In this document: in pieces, positions 18,700 through 29,770 of the stretch
Position numbering within the stretch: the stretch's first letter is position 1
How the letters are laid out: each line of letters begins with the position of its first letter
DNA from: Salinispira sp.
Lineage (GTDB): Bacteria > Spirochaetota > Spirochaetia > DSM-27196 > Salinispiraceae
Length of the DNA: 53,028 bases
Reading direction: 5' to 3'
NCBI GenBank assembly: GCA_965226555.1
Contig: CBDDDG010000015.1
Coordinates: 1 to 53,028 of the forward strand
Program-made: the position numbers and the translations under genes
The notes under the pieces: generated by a model
Told to the model about the DNA's origin: nothing
What the model saw: only the letters and a program-made list of their open reading frames with translations
The model's database searches: none

Positions 18700-19581
18700 T
18701 TGAATTCGGAATTCGCAGCTGAAGAAATCAAGGATTTTCAATACAAAATTCTTTCCTACTATGCGATGTACGGCAGGGAAATGCCTTGGCGTTCCACCGT
18801 TACTCCATACACGGTTTTTGTTTCTGAAATAATGCTGCAACAGACACAGGTAACGAGAGTTGAAAAATATTTTATTCCATTCTGTCGATCTTTTCCCAAT
18901 TTCAAAACACTTTCAGAGGCGCCGCTTGATAATCTTCTCTTGGCATGGAAGGGGCTTGGTTATAACAGACGCGCAGTGTTTATGCGCAAAAGCGCCGCAA
19001 TTATCCAGAAAGAATATAATGGTCAGCTTCCATCAGATCCGCGGGTTCTTGCGCGCTTGCCGGGCATTGGCCCTAATACAGCTGGTTCAATTGCCGCCTT
19101 TGCCTTTAACAGGCCGGTAGTATTCATTGAGACAAATGTTCGGAGAGTATTTATTCATGAATTTTTTCAGAATACGGAGAATGTCGATGATCGGATGATA
19201 TTGCCACTCATTGAACGTATGTTGCCTGAGAAAAATATTCGAACATGGTACTGGGCCCTTATGGATTATGGAGTTGGCCTGAAACAAAAGGGGAGGGAGG
19301 CAGCGCGAAAGAGCCGGCATTATAGTTCCCAGAGCACATTTGAAGGTTCCACCCGTCAATTACGGGCTGCAATTCTCCATGAACTGGCACTGCGCTCACA
19401 GAATTTTCAAAATTCTGATATCATAAACCTCGCATCCCGATTACGGACTGTTCTCCCGAAGCATCCCTTTACATATGAATTACTTGGTGAAACACTTGCC
19501 CGTCTTCAGCGGGAGGGCTTTGTTGTGGCCGAGCATAATGAATCGGCGCCTGAAGACATCTCCTATTCCCTGAATAAATGA
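18700..19581 (+). CDS. mutY: A/G-specific adenine glycosylase (short form without Fe-S cluster)
   Basis: PWR...PY.V.VSEIMLQQTQV.RV, W.GLGY.RRA and LPGIG..TA HhH motifs; TTG start. Confidence 0.88.
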   Translation: MNSEFAAEEIKDFQYKILSYYAMYGREMPWRSTVTPYTVFVSEIMLQQTQVTRVEKYFIPFCRSFPNFKTLSEAPLDNLLLAWKGLGYNRRAVFMRKSAAIIQKEYNGQLPSDPRVLARLPGIGPNTAGSIAAFAFNRPVVFIETNVRRVFIHEFFQNTENVDDRMILPLIERMLPEKNIRTWYWALMDYGVGLKQKGREAARKSRHYSSQSTFEGSTRQLRAAILHELALRSQNFQNSDIINLASRLRTVLPKHPFTYELLGETLARLQREGFVVAEHNESAPEDISYSLNK

Positions 19582-19637
19582 TCTCCTGTCCGAACATTGA
19601 CAAGCCCCATGATTTACGTAATATTGAGGGAAATATC

Positions 19638-20636
19638 ATGACCATTGCACTCAATATTATATGTAGTATTGCGGGAATAGGGCTATTATACGCGGGTGGA
19701 AATTATCTTGTAAAGGGTTCTTCCGCGCTGGCTTTGAAACTTAACATTCCCCCAATCATCATCGGATTAACCATTGTTGCCTTCGGCACAAGCGCCCCGG
19801 AATTATTTGTCAGTCTCCTGTCCGCTTTTCAGGGCTCCCCTGGAATAAGTCTCGGAAACATTGTCGGGAGCAATGTTATTAACATTGCGCTCATTCTTGG
19901 TCTGTCATCCTGCATTCTTTCCATCCCCATAAGTCAGGGTATCATTCGAAGAGACATGCCGATGATGTTCATCAGTTACGGTATTCTTCTCATGGCCTCA
20001 ATTCCCCTTCCATGGGAGAATCTTGATCCTCGTACAGGAAAATTGTTCCGGCTTGAGGGATTAATAATGATGATAGTACTGACTGCGTATATCTTTTTTC
20101 TTTATCAATATAGTAAAAATCATAAGATATCTGAAATTATTGATACCGATGCATTCGACACAGAGGATACTGCCAGACCGCTTTCATTCTTTCTTTTTTT
20201 CATAGCTCTGGGTATAACAGCCCTTGCCTTCGGTTCCGATCTTCTCATTCGGGGGGCTTCATGGTTAGCGCGAAACATTTTCAATGCAAGCGATCGTTTT
20301 ATCGGGGTAAGTATTATCGCCCTTGGAACCAGTCTGCCTGAATTGATAACCAGTGTTATTGCGGCAGTGCGAAAGCAGATGGATATTTCCGTTGGTAACA
20401 TTATTGGAAGTAATATTTTTAATAGTCTTCTCGTACTCGGTCTCACTGGTTTTCTCAAGCCCCTGAACATTGCCTTTTCTGATTTTATTATTGATATTTG
20501 TGTCATGATTGGCGTATCTCTCACATTGCTTCTTCTGGCAGTATTCAGAAAGAAGTTGGAACTTCGGAATGGTATTCTCTTCCTCTTTATCTACGGAATC
20601 TATTTTTTCTATCTTTTACGGACAAGAACAATGTGA
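19638..20636 (+). CDS. Calcium/sodium antiporter (YrbG family)
   Basis: Two alpha repeats: GTSAPE...GNIVGSN and GTSLPE...GNIIGSN. Start at ATG 19638 after GAGGG. Confidence 0.93.
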   Translation: MTIALNIICSIAGIGLLYAGGNYLVKGSSALALKLNIPPIIIGLTIVAFGTSAPELFVSLLSAFQGSPGISLGNIVGSNVINIALILGLSSCILSIPISQGIIRRDMPMMFISYGILLMASIPLPWENLDPRTGKLFRLEGLIMMIVLTAYIFFLYQYSKNHKISEIIDTDAFDTEDTARPLSFFLFFIALGITALAFGSDLLIRGASWLARNIFNASDRFIGVSIIALGTSLPELITSVIAAVRKQMDISVGNIIGSNIFNSLLVLGLTGFLKPLNIAFSDFIIDICVMIGVSLTLLLLAVFRKKLELRNGILFLFIYGIYFFYLLRTRTM

Positions 20637-20725
20637 ATACATTGTACATGAGATACCCACATGTAAAAATTTTTGATATAGTCAATCATGGCGTGTTATT
20701 TACTCGTTTAGTAAGTGGAGGAAAT

Positions 20726-21850
20726 ATGTCGAAACGTACAGTACCTGCAAAGGAAATGGCAACTCCGGGTTCGGAGGAAGAAAAGAAGAAGGCTCTTGAA
20801 GCTGCCTGCCTACACATTGAACAACAATATGGCAGAGGAGCCATAATGACGCTGGGAGACGGAGTCAAACACTTGGATATTGAGTGTATTCCCAGCGGAT
20901 CAATTCTCCTTGATGAGGCCCTCGGGCTTGGCGGATATCCCAAGGGTCGCATCATTGAAATTTATGGACCGGAATCTTCAGGGAAGACCACGCTCGCGCT
21001 CCATGCAATTGCTGAAACTCAAAAACGAGGCGGTACAGCCGCGTTCATAGATGCTGAACATGCGCTTGATCCTGTTTATGCAAAAAATCTCGGCGTCAAT
21101 ATTGATGAATTATGGGTGAGCCAGCCGGATAATGGGGAACAGGCGCTTGAAATTACCGAAACACTGGTCCGTTCTGGAAGTGTGGATATTATTGTGGTCG
21201 ATTCAGTTGCCGCGCTTACTCCGCAGGCAGAACTCAATGGTGAAATGGGCGATGCGCATGTCGGATTACAGGCCAGGCTCATGAGTCAGGCCCTACGTAA
21301 ACTCACTGCCGTCATTTCCAAATCCGGCGCATGCTTATTTTTTATTAACCAAATTCGTATGAAAATTGGAGTGATGTTTGGTAATCCGGAAACTACTACC
21401 GGAGGAAACGCTCTGAAATTTTATTCCTCACTCCGGCTGGAGGTACGAAAAGTTGAGACTATTTCGGCTGGAACAGACAATGCAATTGGAAATACCGTAA
21501 GAGTAAAGGTAGTCAAAAACAAGGTCGCCCCTCCATTTAAGCGCGTTCAGCTCGATATCATCTTTGGCAAGGGAGTCTCTTCCACAGGGAGTGTGCTTGA
21601 TGCGGCAGTTAAGTACGATTATATCGGAAAAAGCGGCAGTTGGTATAGCTATGGAAACGAACGAATAGGGCAGGGTAAGGAAAATGCAAAATCCTATCTG
21701 GAATCGCATCCTGAATTATACGCTGAAATTGAACAGGAATTACGGAAACAACTCTTCCCGGAGGAGCGAATTATTCAAAAACTCCCACAAACAAAGAGCG
21801 CTGCACAAAAGGAAGAAAACAAGGGATCGCCTAAGGCACAGGATCGCTGA
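20726..21850 (+). CDS. recA: Recombinase RecA
   Basis: [27 protein letters not shown] and [36 protein letters not shown] before ATG 20726. Confidence 0.99.
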   Translation: MSKRTVPAKEMATPGSEEEKKKALEAACLHIEQQYGRGAIMTLGDGVKHLDIECIPSGSILLDEALGLGGYPKGRIIEIYGPESSGKTTLALHAIAETQKRGGTAAFIDAEHALDPVYAKNLGVNIDELWVSQPDNGEQALEITETLVRSGSVDIIVVDSVAALTPQAELNGEMGDAHVGLQARLMSQALRKLTAVISKSGACLFFINQIRMKIGVMFGNPETTTGGNALKFYSSLRLEVRKVETISAGTDNAIGNTVRVKVVKNKVAPPFKRVQLDIIFGKGVSSTGSVLDAAVKYDYIGKSGSWYSYGNERIGQGKENAKSYLESHPELYAEIEQELRKQLFPEERIIQKLPQTKSAAQKEENKGSPKAQDR

Positions 21851-21855
21851 AACAC

Positions 21856-22419
21856 ATGCATCCGGTGTATCTCAGCCTCGGCAGTAATGTAGGCGAAAGC
21901 GAACATACCATTGTTTCCGCGCTGCACATGCTTAATGAAGAGTTTTCCCTAACTGCCGCAAGCGAACTCTACCGAACTCAGGCGCAGGTCATCCATGATC
22001 AGGCAGATTTTCTGAACTGTGCTGTACGATTTTCAGCATCTTCCGATACGCAGGATTATCTTCTTCACCTATTACGCCGGGTTCAGTATATCGAATCATA
22101 TCACGGCAGGAACCGGAAGCGCGAGATAAAAAATGGCCCCCGAAGGCTCGATATTGATATTATCCTTTTCGGTAATGTGATAATCAATGTACCGGATATC
22201 CAGATTCCGCACAAGGCCTATCTTACACGGCGTTTTGTATTAATTCCGCTCCAAGACATTGATCCTGATCTGAAAGATCCAAAGACAGGCATTCATCTGA
22301 AAAAATATAGCGCAGGCTTGGAAAGGGAGCATGAAAACGAGCATGAACAGGGGATTTACCACATTAAAAGCGCATATTATAATGCCTTTTTACCCCAACT
22401 GAGGAACAGATCAAAATAA
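21856..22419 (+). CDS. folK: 2-amino-4-hydroxy-6-hydroxymethyldihydropteridine diphosphokinase
   Basis: YLSLGSN, FLNCAV, GPRRLDIDII and IPH...RRFVLIPL motifs. Confidence 0.95.
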   Translation: MHPVYLSLGSNVGESEHTIVSALHMLNEEFSLTAASELYRTQAQVIHDQADFLNCAVRFSASSDTQDYLLHLLRRVQYIESYHGRNRKREIKNGPRRLDIDIILFGNVIINVPDIQIPHKAYLTRRFVLIPLQDIDPDLKDPKTGIHLKKYSAGLEREHENEHEQGIYHIKSAYYNAFLPQLRNRSK

Positions 22420-22420
22420 C

Positions 22421-23161
22421 ATGGGAAAAACTCAATTTAAGCTGTCAAATTTTGAAGGTTCGCTTGATATTCTTCTGTTTCTCCTCAGAAAAAATGAAGT
22501 TAACATATACGATATTCCGATAGCGCAAATCACAGAGCAATATCTTTCGATACTGAAAGATGAGGCATTCACTAATCTTGATACGGCCTCAGATTTTTAC
22601 CTCATGGCTGCAACGCTTATGCATATAAAAAGCCGGATGCTTTTATCGTCGTCAACAGATATTGATGAAGATGCCGAAGATCCGCGGCAGGAACTGGTCG
22701 AACGTCTGATCGAATATCAGAAATATAAAAAACTCACTTCATTGATGAGCGAGCAAACAGTACAGGATGAATGGACCATTGAAAGAGAGAAGATTCAGCG
22801 AAGCCTGCCCTTTCCCGATGATGGGAATGCATGGAAGGAACTGGATGTCTGGGAGCTCATGATTACCTTCTCCCGAATCATACATAGCCTTGTTCCTGAA
22901 CATCTTGTTAATCTCTATGAAGAAGTGAGTATTAATGAAAAAATAACTCTCATTCAGGAAAAAATTCAACTGCGGCAGGATTTTTCCTTTACGGATATTG
23001 TAACCAGCCCTCATTCGATATGGGATATACTCTGCGCATTTCTGGCAGTTCTTGAATTGGTTAAGACCCGAAGTATCCTGATCTATCAGAATAAATTTTT
23101 TGGAGATATAATTATCAAAGCCTACGAAACAAGGTCCCCGCATAATGAAATTTCAAACTGA
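22421..23161 (+). CDS. scpA: Segregation and condensation protein A
   Basis: FEGSLDILLFL.RKNE.NIYDIPIA.ITEQY, IKSRMLL, DPR.ELV.RL.EY and FLAVLEL motifs. Confidence 0.95.
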   Translation: MGKTQFKLSNFEGSLDILLFLLRKNEVNIYDIPIAQITEQYLSILKDEAFTNLDTASDFYLMAATLMHIKSRMLLSSSTDIDEDAEDPRQELVERLIEYQKYKKLTSLMSEQTVQDEWTIEREKIQRSLPFPDDGNAWKELDVWELMITFSRIIHSLVPEHLVNLYEEVSINEKITLIQEKIQLRQDFSFTDIVTSPHSIWDILCAFLAVLELVKTRSILIYQNKFFGDIIIKAYETRSPHNEISN

Positions 23162-23690
23162 AGCAGCCCTCATTGAGGCAATTTTATTTCTTGAGACCGA
23201 ACCCATCCTTCCCGCGAAACTTTCTCGCATATCAAAACTTTCTAGGGATGTTGTTTTTGCGGTACTTGAGCAGCTCAAGATGGCCTATCAGCAGGATGAA
23301 CGAGGTATCGAATTATTGAGCATAGGTGATACTTACCAACTCATCCCCAAACAGTTACTCTGGGAACAGCTTCGGGAGCGTTACGGAAAAAAAGGAAACA
23401 CAAAGCTTTCAAAGGCGGCAATGGAAACCTTAAGTATTATTGCCTATAGTCAGCCAATTACAAAAACCGAAATTGAAAACATTCGGGGAGTCTCATCCGA
23501 TTCAATGGTAAAACTTCTTATTTCAAGAAAATTCATACAGGAAATCGGAAGAAAGGATGCCATTGGCCGGCCCATTCAATACGGTACTACCAACGAATTT
23601 CTCAGATATTTTCATTTAACGAGCATTGCTGAATTGCCCAAATTAGATGAGATAGACTATTCCCGTTTTGAAAAGCACGCGGAAGATTGA
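23145..23690 (+). CDS. scpB: SMC-Scp complex subunit ScpB
   Basis: IEAILF, LSKAAMETLSIIAYSQPITK.EIE.IRGV and GRPIQYGTT..FL motifs. Confidence 0.96.
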   Translation: MKFQTEAALIEAILFLETEPILPAKLSRISKLSRDVVFAVLEQLKMAYQQDERGIELLSIGDTYQLIPKQLLWEQLRERYGKKGNTKLSKAAMETLSIIAYSQPITKTEIENIRGVSSDSMVKLLISRKFIQEIGRKDAIGRPIQYGTTNEFLRYFHLTSIAELPKLDEIDYSRFEKHAED

Positions 23691-23700
23691 AGCCTGATAT

Positions 23701-24435
23701 ATGCGCCTCCAAGTATTTCTGAGTCATAGCGGTGTTGCAAGCAGGAGATCAAGTGCTGAGATCATTCTTGCGGGAAGGGTAAAGGTAAATGAACGGCTTA
23801 TAACAAAGCCAGGACATCATGTTACAACAGCCGATTCCATCAGTGTAGATAATCTCATAATATCTCCTGAAGTAGAGAAACTATATATCATGCTTCACAA
23901 ACCTGCCAAAGTTATTTCTTCGGCGCATGATCCGGAAGGACGTGAAACCGTCATTGATATCGTTTCTCCTTCTTTTGCGAAATATATGTTTCCTGTCGGA
24001 CGCTTGGATTATATGAGCACCGGACTCATGTTACTTACGAACGATGGATATTTTGCTCAGCATCTCGGGCATCCCCGTTCGGGTTATACGAGAAAATATG
24101 AGGTACAATCAGCAACAAAGATCCCCCGAGAATTGCTCATGAAATGGCAGCGTGGAATCAATATAGAGGGAATACAATACAAACTGACAAAATTTCAGTA
24201 TCTTAACCCCAGAAAGGTTATTGTAATTCTTAATGAGGGGAAAAACAGAGAAATACGGAGAGTTTTTGAGACAGAGCACATTGCGATTACATCGCTGCAT
24301 CGTATTCAATTCGGTTCCTTATCCCTCGGTAATCTCAAAGCAGGTAAATTTCGAGAAATTTCAGCCGGAGAAGTAAAAAAATTGCTTGATAAACGAATTC
24401 CCAATAAATACAATAAAAAACAGGGGGATTCATGA
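23701..24435 (+). CDS. rluB: rRNA pseudouridine synthase (RsuA/RluB family)
   Basis: S4 domain RLQ.FL...GVASRR; catalytic GRLD; EGKNREIRR; located downstream of scpB. Confidence 0.85.
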   Translation: MRLQVFLSHSGVASRRSSAEIILAGRVKVNERLITKPGHHVTTADSISVDNLIISPEVEKLYIMLHKPAKVISSAHDPEGRETVIDIVSPSFAKYMFPVGRLDYMSTGLMLLTNDGYFAQHLGHPRSGYTRKYEVQSATKIPRELLMKWQRGINIEGIQYKLTKFQYLNPRKVIVILNEGKNREIRRVFETEHIAITSLHRIQFGSLSLGNLKAGKFREISAGEVKKLLDKRIPNKYNKKQGDS

Positions 24436-25106
24436 TCATCACCGTTGATGGCCCCGCCGGAGTTGGGAAGAGTACTATTGCCGCCGCAGTTGGAAAAAAT
24501 ACAATTTTCAGATATATTAACTCCGGTAATCTGTATCGGACCATTACCCTTGCCCTCTGGAATGTATTCGAAGAAAACCTTTCGGTGTTGCTGGAGAATG
24601 ATCAAAGTACATTACTGCATAATCTTGACAAAATATCACTTCGGGTTGATGGGGAAGATATTTTTCTGAATAATGAGAAGGTCAATGATAGTGATATACG
24701 AAATGATATTATTGAAAAATATGTGGCGCAGCTTTCTTCCATACCTGCAATACGAAATCGAGTAAATTCAATACTGCATGAAATAGCGCAGAATCAGGAT
24801 ATTATTGTGGAGGGGAGAGATATGAGCACTGTTGTTTTTCCGTATGCCGATGTTAAAATTTATCTTGATGCGGATCTCGATGTCAGGGCAGAACGACGTT
24901 TTCGGCAAGGGACAAGTGAACAGAATGTTCGCAAAATTCGCTCCGATATCATGAAGCGGGATACGATTGACCGGGAGAAAGCCTTCGGCGCATTAAAACG
25001 ATCGTCAGATTCCACATATCTGGATACTACAGGCTTGACGATTGTTCAAGTTTATGAGATTGTTATGCAGTTGATTATTGAACTATGTTCAAAGAGCAGG
25101 TACTAA
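24432..25106 (+). CDS. cmk: Cytidylate kinase
   Basis: DGPAGVGKST, EGRD..TVVFP.A..KIYL.A...RA.RR and RD..D motifs. Confidence 0.96.
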   Translation: MIITVDGPAGVGKSTIAAAVGKNTIFRYINSGNLYRTITLALWNVFEENLSVLLENDQSTLLHNLDKISLRVDGEDIFLNNEKVNDSDIRNDIIEKYVAQLSSIPAIRNRVNSILHEIAQNQDIIVEGRDMSTVVFPYADVKIYLDADLDVRAERRFRQGTSEQNVRKIRSDIMKRDTIDREKAFGALKRSSDSTYLDTTGLTIVQVYEIVMQLIIELCSKSRY

Positions 25107-25108
25107 TT

Positions 25109-26821
25109 ATGATAGATAGTGAACATCAGGACTTAATTTCTCAAAAGGAATTCCAAGAAGAGCTTCAGGAAGAATATCTCAAGTCCATTGATGAACTGGA
25201 AGTAGACCAACTGATTACTGGTACAGTTGTAGCCCTTAATGAAGATCAGGTATTTATTGACGTTGGTTACAAGTCGGAAGGAAAAATCCCCGTAGCTCAG
25301 TTTGAACAGCCTCCCAAGGAAGGGGATAAGGTTCAGGTCATCCTCGTTAACAAGGAAGGGCGTAATGGGGAAGTCATTGTTTCAAAGCAGCGGGCGGATG
25401 ATCGGGTAGTTTGGCAGGCGCTTAAGGCTGCCTTCAATGACGGCACAGCGGTTGAAGGAAAGGTTTCCCGGGTCGTGAAGGGCGGTTTTGAAATTTCCCT
25501 CGGCGCGGGGAATCGTGGATTTAACCCCATCTCAAAGATGGATATAATGAAAATTGAAGATCCTGAACGCTTCCTTGACATGAAATCGTTTTTTTGTATT
25601 GAACGTTTATACAATGAAAATAAAGTAAATATAATACTTTCCCGCCGCAGATGGCTTGTTGAAGAAGCCGAACATAAGCGTGATCAATTTTTTCAGAAAA
25701 CCAGTGAAAATGATATTGTATCGGGGACTGTGAAGTCCTTTACATCATTTGGCGCCTTTATTGACCTCGGAAGTTTTGATGGCTTGCTGCATATCAATGA
25801 CATGAGCTGGGGACATGTAACCCGTCCGAAGGATTATGTCAAAAAAGGCGAAATTTTGAAACTTAAAATTATCCGTCTTGATCCAGAAAGTAAAAAAATT
25901 AATCTCAGTTTAAAAGATTTTATGGAAAATCCTTGGGAAAATTTTACAGATCGATATCAACTTGATGATATTATTACCGGTAAGGTAATCAAGCTTACTG
26001 ATTTTGGAGCCTTCGTCAAACTTGAAGATGGAATTGAAGGACTTGTGCATATTTCGGAATTTTCATGGACAGAGCGTATCAAACACCCAAAAGAAATGCT
26101 TAAAGTGGGTGATACAATTAATGTCAAAATACTCGGTTTTGATCTGGAAGCTCATAAAATTTCCCTTGGAATCAAACAAACACAAACGAATCCTTGGGAT
26201 ACAATTGAAGAAGACTATCCTAAAGATATGAAACTCACCGGTACGGTAAAAAAGATTACATCGACAGGAGCCTTTATTCTATTGGGGAAGGGAATTGATA
26301 GTTTTCTGCATCGGGATGATTTTTCATGGACAAAAAAATACAAAAATCTGAATGCTATTCTTAAAATTGATGATGAGATTGATGTTATAGTTCTTGAGAG
26401 CGATGCCTTCCGCCATAATGTGAGAGTCGGAGTTAAGCAATTGAGCAAGGATCCCTGGGAAGAATTCGCAAAAACATACTCTTCGGGATCTATTATAGAA
26501 GTCGAAATAGTAAAAATTGTCGATTTTGGAATGTTTGCTCGCGCTGAAAACGGTATTGAGGGACTCATTCCCAAGGTTCACGTAGGTGATGCTCGCGATA
26601 TTGATCTTGATGAAGAATTGAAAAAATATGAGGAAGGTCAGAAAATTACCGTTGCTGTCTTGGAACTAAATATGGAAAAACAAAAGCTTTCTTTTTCAAT
26701 TCGTGAGAAAACGCGAAGTCAGGAAAATCAGGAAATGGCAAAATACATCACCGATAGTGATGATGAATCTGAATCCATTACTCTTGCCGCCCTTCTCAAT
26801 CAGGAAGATTCCGACTCGTAG
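25109..26821 (+). CDS. rpsA: 30S ribosomal protein S1
   Basis: Six S1 repeats (FGAFIDLG..DGLLHI.DMSW; FGAFV.LEDGIEGLVHISE.SW); follows cmk. Start uncertain (25085 or 25109). Confidence 0.97.
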   Translation: MIDSEHQDLISQKEFQEELQEEYLKSIDELEVDQLITGTVVALNEDQVFIDVGYKSEGKIPVAQFEQPPKEGDKVQVILVNKEGRNGEVIVSKQRADDRVVWQALKAAFNDGTAVEGKVSRVVKGGFEISLGAGNRGFNPISKMDIMKIEDPERFLDMKSFFCIERLYNENKVNIILSRRRWLVEEAEHKRDQFFQKTSENDIVSGTVKSFTSFGAFIDLGSFDGLLHINDMSWGHVTRPKDYVKKGEILKLKIIRLDPESKKINLSLKDFMENPWENFTDRYQLDDIITGKVIKLTDFGAFVKLEDGIEGLVHISEFSWTERIKHPKEMLKVGDTINVKILGFDLEAHKISLGIKQTQTNPWDTIEEDYPKDMKLTGTVKKITSTGAFILLGKGIDSFLHRDDFSWTKKYKNLNAILKIDDEIDVIVLESDAFRHNVRVGVKQLSKDPWEEFAKTYSSGSIIEVEIVKIVDFGMFARAENGIEGLIPKVHVGDARDIDLDEELKKYEEGQKITVAVLELNMEKQKLSFSIREKTRSQENQEMAKYITDSDDESESITLAALLNQEDSDS

Positions 26822-26831
26822 CACTACGTGT

Positions 26832-28331
26832 ATGCAAGATAATGTAGCAGACTCGCATTCCAGAATTCATAAGATTGTTGAAATTGACTCTTTTATTAAT
26901 AACGATCGTTTTTCGCTTCAGGAACTTTTTCAAAAAATTCTGGCGGCCGTGTTATTTTGCACTGAGGGTGAATCTTCCTCAATAATGCTGCGAAACCATG
27001 ATAACGGAGATCTTCATTTCGAGAAAGTACTTGGAATCGATAATGTTGATTTAACGAATATAACGGTAAAAGCAGGTGAGGGAATTGCGGGATGGGTTCT
27101 GCAGCATAATCATAGTTTGGTTGTCAATGATATAAACCAGAACCGGCATTTTTTCCCTCAAATATCCAGACTTATCGGATACAAAACTCATAACATCCTT
27201 GCAGTTCCAATACGCGTGCGGAATGAATTAATCGGAGTTATGGAGGTTGTAAATAAGCAAGATCCTTTTTCCTCTGAAGATCGCCTGTGGACAGAAATAC
27301 TGGCAAATCAGGCAGGGCTTTCAATAATGTGCTCGGGAAATACCTCTCGGGGGTGGGCGAGCACAGGGAGTACAAAATCATCACCTGCTGAATCATTGGT
27401 ATATGAATCTGATCTCATGAAGAACCTTATGAAGGTTATTAAAAAAGTTGCCGTTACAGAAGCCTCGGTTTTTATAGGTGGTGAGAGCGGCGTTGGAAAG
27501 GATCATATAGCAGAACAAATACATAATTTCAGCTCGCGGGCAAAAGGACCTCTGATAAAGGTAAATTGTCCGTCTCTCCCTGAAATGCTATTGGAAAGTG
27601 AACTCTTCGGCCATGTTAAGGGCGCCTTTACCGATGCGGTAACGCGCCGTCAGGGAAAGCTGGAAATAGCTCGCGGAGGATCGCTCTTTCTCAATGAGAT
27701 TGTCGACATATCTCTTTCGGTTCAGGCAAAACTTTTGAGAGTACTGGAAGATAAGCGTTATGAACCCTTGGGATCAAATCAAATGAATACTGCAGATGTA
27801 CGAATTATTACTGCCAGTAATAAGAATCTGGAGCAGGAAGTTCAAAAAGGCACATTCCGGGAAGATTTATTTTATCGCCTGAATATTATTCCGATTATTG
27901 TTCCTCCCTTACGAGATCGTTCTGAAGATATCCCCCCATTGGCGCAACATTTTTTACACACACTAAATTTACGGGCCGGAAAAAACATTACTGGTTTCAG
28001 TTCTGAAGCATTTGAACAAATTCTCAATTATTCCTGGCCGGGAAATGTCAGAGAATTGCGTAATTCCATTGAAAGAGCTATTACGCTCTGTTCAGGCACT
28101 ATAATTTTACCTGAAAACCTTTTACTGCATGGGCATAATTTCAAAAAAAATTTTTATTCAGGAAGAAGCTTGAAACATTCACTAAATTTGTTTAAAAAAC
28201 ACTTTATACGTTCTACTTTATTGGAATTAGACTGGAACCAAACACGGGCTGCAGAAAAACTTGAAATACAGCGTACGTATCTGGCTCGTCTCATTAAGGA
28301 ACTGAGGATAGAAAGGAGTAATGGTGACTGA
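26832..28331 (+). CDS. GAF-domain sigma54-dependent Fis-family transcriptional regulator
   Basis: N-terminal GAF (GEGIAGWV...LAVPI...IGVMEVVNK), AAA+ domain (GESGVGK, ESELFGH.KGAFTDA, FREDLFYRLN, WPGNVREL) and C-terminal Fis HTH. Confidence 0.92.
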   Translation: MQDNVADSHSRIHKIVEIDSFINNDRFSLQELFQKILAAVLFCTEGESSSIMLRNHDNGDLHFEKVLGIDNVDLTNITVKAGEGIAGWVLQHNHSLVVNDINQNRHFFPQISRLIGYKTHNILAVPIRVRNELIGVMEVVNKQDPFSSEDRLWTEILANQAGLSIMCSGNTSRGWASTGSTKSSPAESLVYESDLMKNLMKVIKKVAVTEASVFIGGESGVGKDHIAEQIHNFSSRAKGPLIKVNCPSLPEMLLESELFGHVKGAFTDAVTRRQGKLEIARGGSLFLNEIVDISLSVQAKLLRVLEDKRYEPLGSNQMNTADVRIITASNKNLEQEVQKGTFREDLFYRLNIIPIIVPPLRDRSEDIPPLAQHFLHTLNLRAGKNITGFSSEAFEQILNYSWPGNVRELRNSIERAITLCSGTIILPENLLLHGHNFKKNFYSGRSLKHSLNLFKKHFIRSTLLELDWNQTRAAEKLEIQRTYLARLIKELRIERSNGD

Positions 28332-29001
28332 CAAAACATCGAAAAAGAAACAAGCTAGGAGTACGAACTATCGAACTCCTGTAACAATTATCGCAATTCT
28401 CATCATTGTTGGAATACTTGGAATAATTATCGGAATTGAGATCAATCGTTCGGGCAATGAAAAAAGCGCAACTAAGCTGTATGAATTGGAAACAGTTTTC
28501 ACAGAATGGCAAGAGACCTTTGATGCTGAAAATCCAGACACTTCTGATAATCTGAATGCCGATGAACTATTGAAAACACTTTCTCAGGCTTCTTTCCGAA
28601 AGGGGAGTTATGCTGATAATCGCAGAAATTATCTTATAGGTGAGATACATCGTTTAATTGGAGAACACGATACTGCTGCGGAGTATTTTTTGCGCGCATC
28701 AGACTCAGCCAGAGGTTATCTTGCCGCAGCGGCATTGCTGAATGCGGCCCTTAGTTATGAGGCAGCCGGTAACATTCCCAAGACCCGCGAATTGTTATTG
28801 AAATTATCTGAAGATTATGAATATCCGGAAGAACCGCGAGTTCTCTTTTCTCTCGGTCGCCTTGCTGAGGCTGCGGGTGATCATGAAGAGGCTCTACAGT
28901 TCTATAATCAGCTTATCGATAATTACACATCAAGCAGCTGGATAAATTTCGCCTATGATCGGATCATTCTTCTTGAAAGTTCTCATCAGCATGCGAAATA
29001 G
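28321..29001 (+). CDS. Membrane-anchored TPR protein (YfgM-like)
   Basis: Single N-terminal TM segment followed by TPR-like helical repeats. Confidence 0.75.
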   Translation: MVTDKTSKKKQARSTNYRTPVTIIAILIIVGILGIIIGIEINRSGNEKSATKLYELETVFTEWQETFDAENPDTSDNLNADELLKTLSQASFRKGSYADNRRNYLIGEIHRLIGEHDTAAEYFLRASDSARGYLAAAALLNAALSYEAAGNIPKTRELLLKLSEDYEYPEEPRVLFSLGRLAEAAGDHEEALQFYNQLIDNYTSSSWINFAYDRIILLESSHQHAK

Positions 29002-29749
29002 TCGGCAACACGCAAAATTTTTATTCCTGTGTATGGTTTTTCACATGGTTCTCATAACAAGATGTGGAATTCCATCATTATCAACTATTCCCGGCACTCC
29101 TTCACTCAATGTGATTGGTATAGGTGAGGCGCTTCTTTCAATTCCTGAAAATACCGATGTAAGTGGCGGAATTGTATTTCTCTATAAAATACTCCTCATT
29201 GACGACCCGACGGACGAGGCAGTGGATGAGGAATCATACAGCGAATATGGAGCTTTAATTGACAATCTGCGAAATGGAAACGAGATTTATGAAACTCTTC
29301 AGGAAAGGGGCTTTCACCATCTACACAGGAATTCAGTTTTTCCTCCCACAATTCATTTTGACGATTTTCCAGGGCTATTTGATACTGCAACATTGGCAAA
29401 CGGTCTCCCCGCAGACCCTGCGAGAAGCAGAAAAATTACTATTTCATTGAATGCGAATGACGATCCTGTGAACATGCAGATTTTGTTGCAGGAGGATATC
29501 GGTGATGTAGAAACTATTCCATTGAAACGCGATTCAGGTATTAGCGGAAATGAAGATTTTAGTACCTACGGCAGCGATGATGATGATGTAGATCATCTTG
29601 ATGACATTGAGAATATCAAGGTAGAAAATCTGCGTGTATCACTTGCGGTATTTATTTTCAAAAAGCGGGAAAAATTTGACGATATAAATTTGTACTCACT
29701 GCCGTATATTCTCAGCATGGACGATTTATTTGTGGTCAGTCAATTATAA
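28991..29749 (+). CDS. Hypothetical acidic lipoprotein
   Basis: Hydrophobic leader ending LITR-CGIP; Asp/Glu-rich mature part; start uncertain. Confidence 0.6.
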   Translation: MRNSRQHAKFLFLCMVFHMVLITRCGIPSLSTIPGTPSLNVIGIGEALLSIPENTDVSGGIVFLYKILLIDDPTDEAVDEESYSEYGALIDNLRNGNEIYETLQERGFHHLHRNSVFPPTIHFDDFPGLFDTATLANGLPADPARSRKITISLNANDDPVNMQILLQEDIGDVETIPLKRDSGISGNEDFSTYGSDDDDVDHLDDIENIKVENLRVSLAVFIFKKREKFDDINLYSLPYILSMDDLFVVSQL

Positions 29750-29770
29750 TATCCGAATAAGGAAAGATTA

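Noticed and set aside
20498..20725. Long N-terminal extension of RecA in the ORF track (likewise the 333, 15172, 26703, 50466 and 52999 starts)
   Set aside because: Downstream ATGs have better RBSs, restore signal peptides or avoid overlap with upstream genes.
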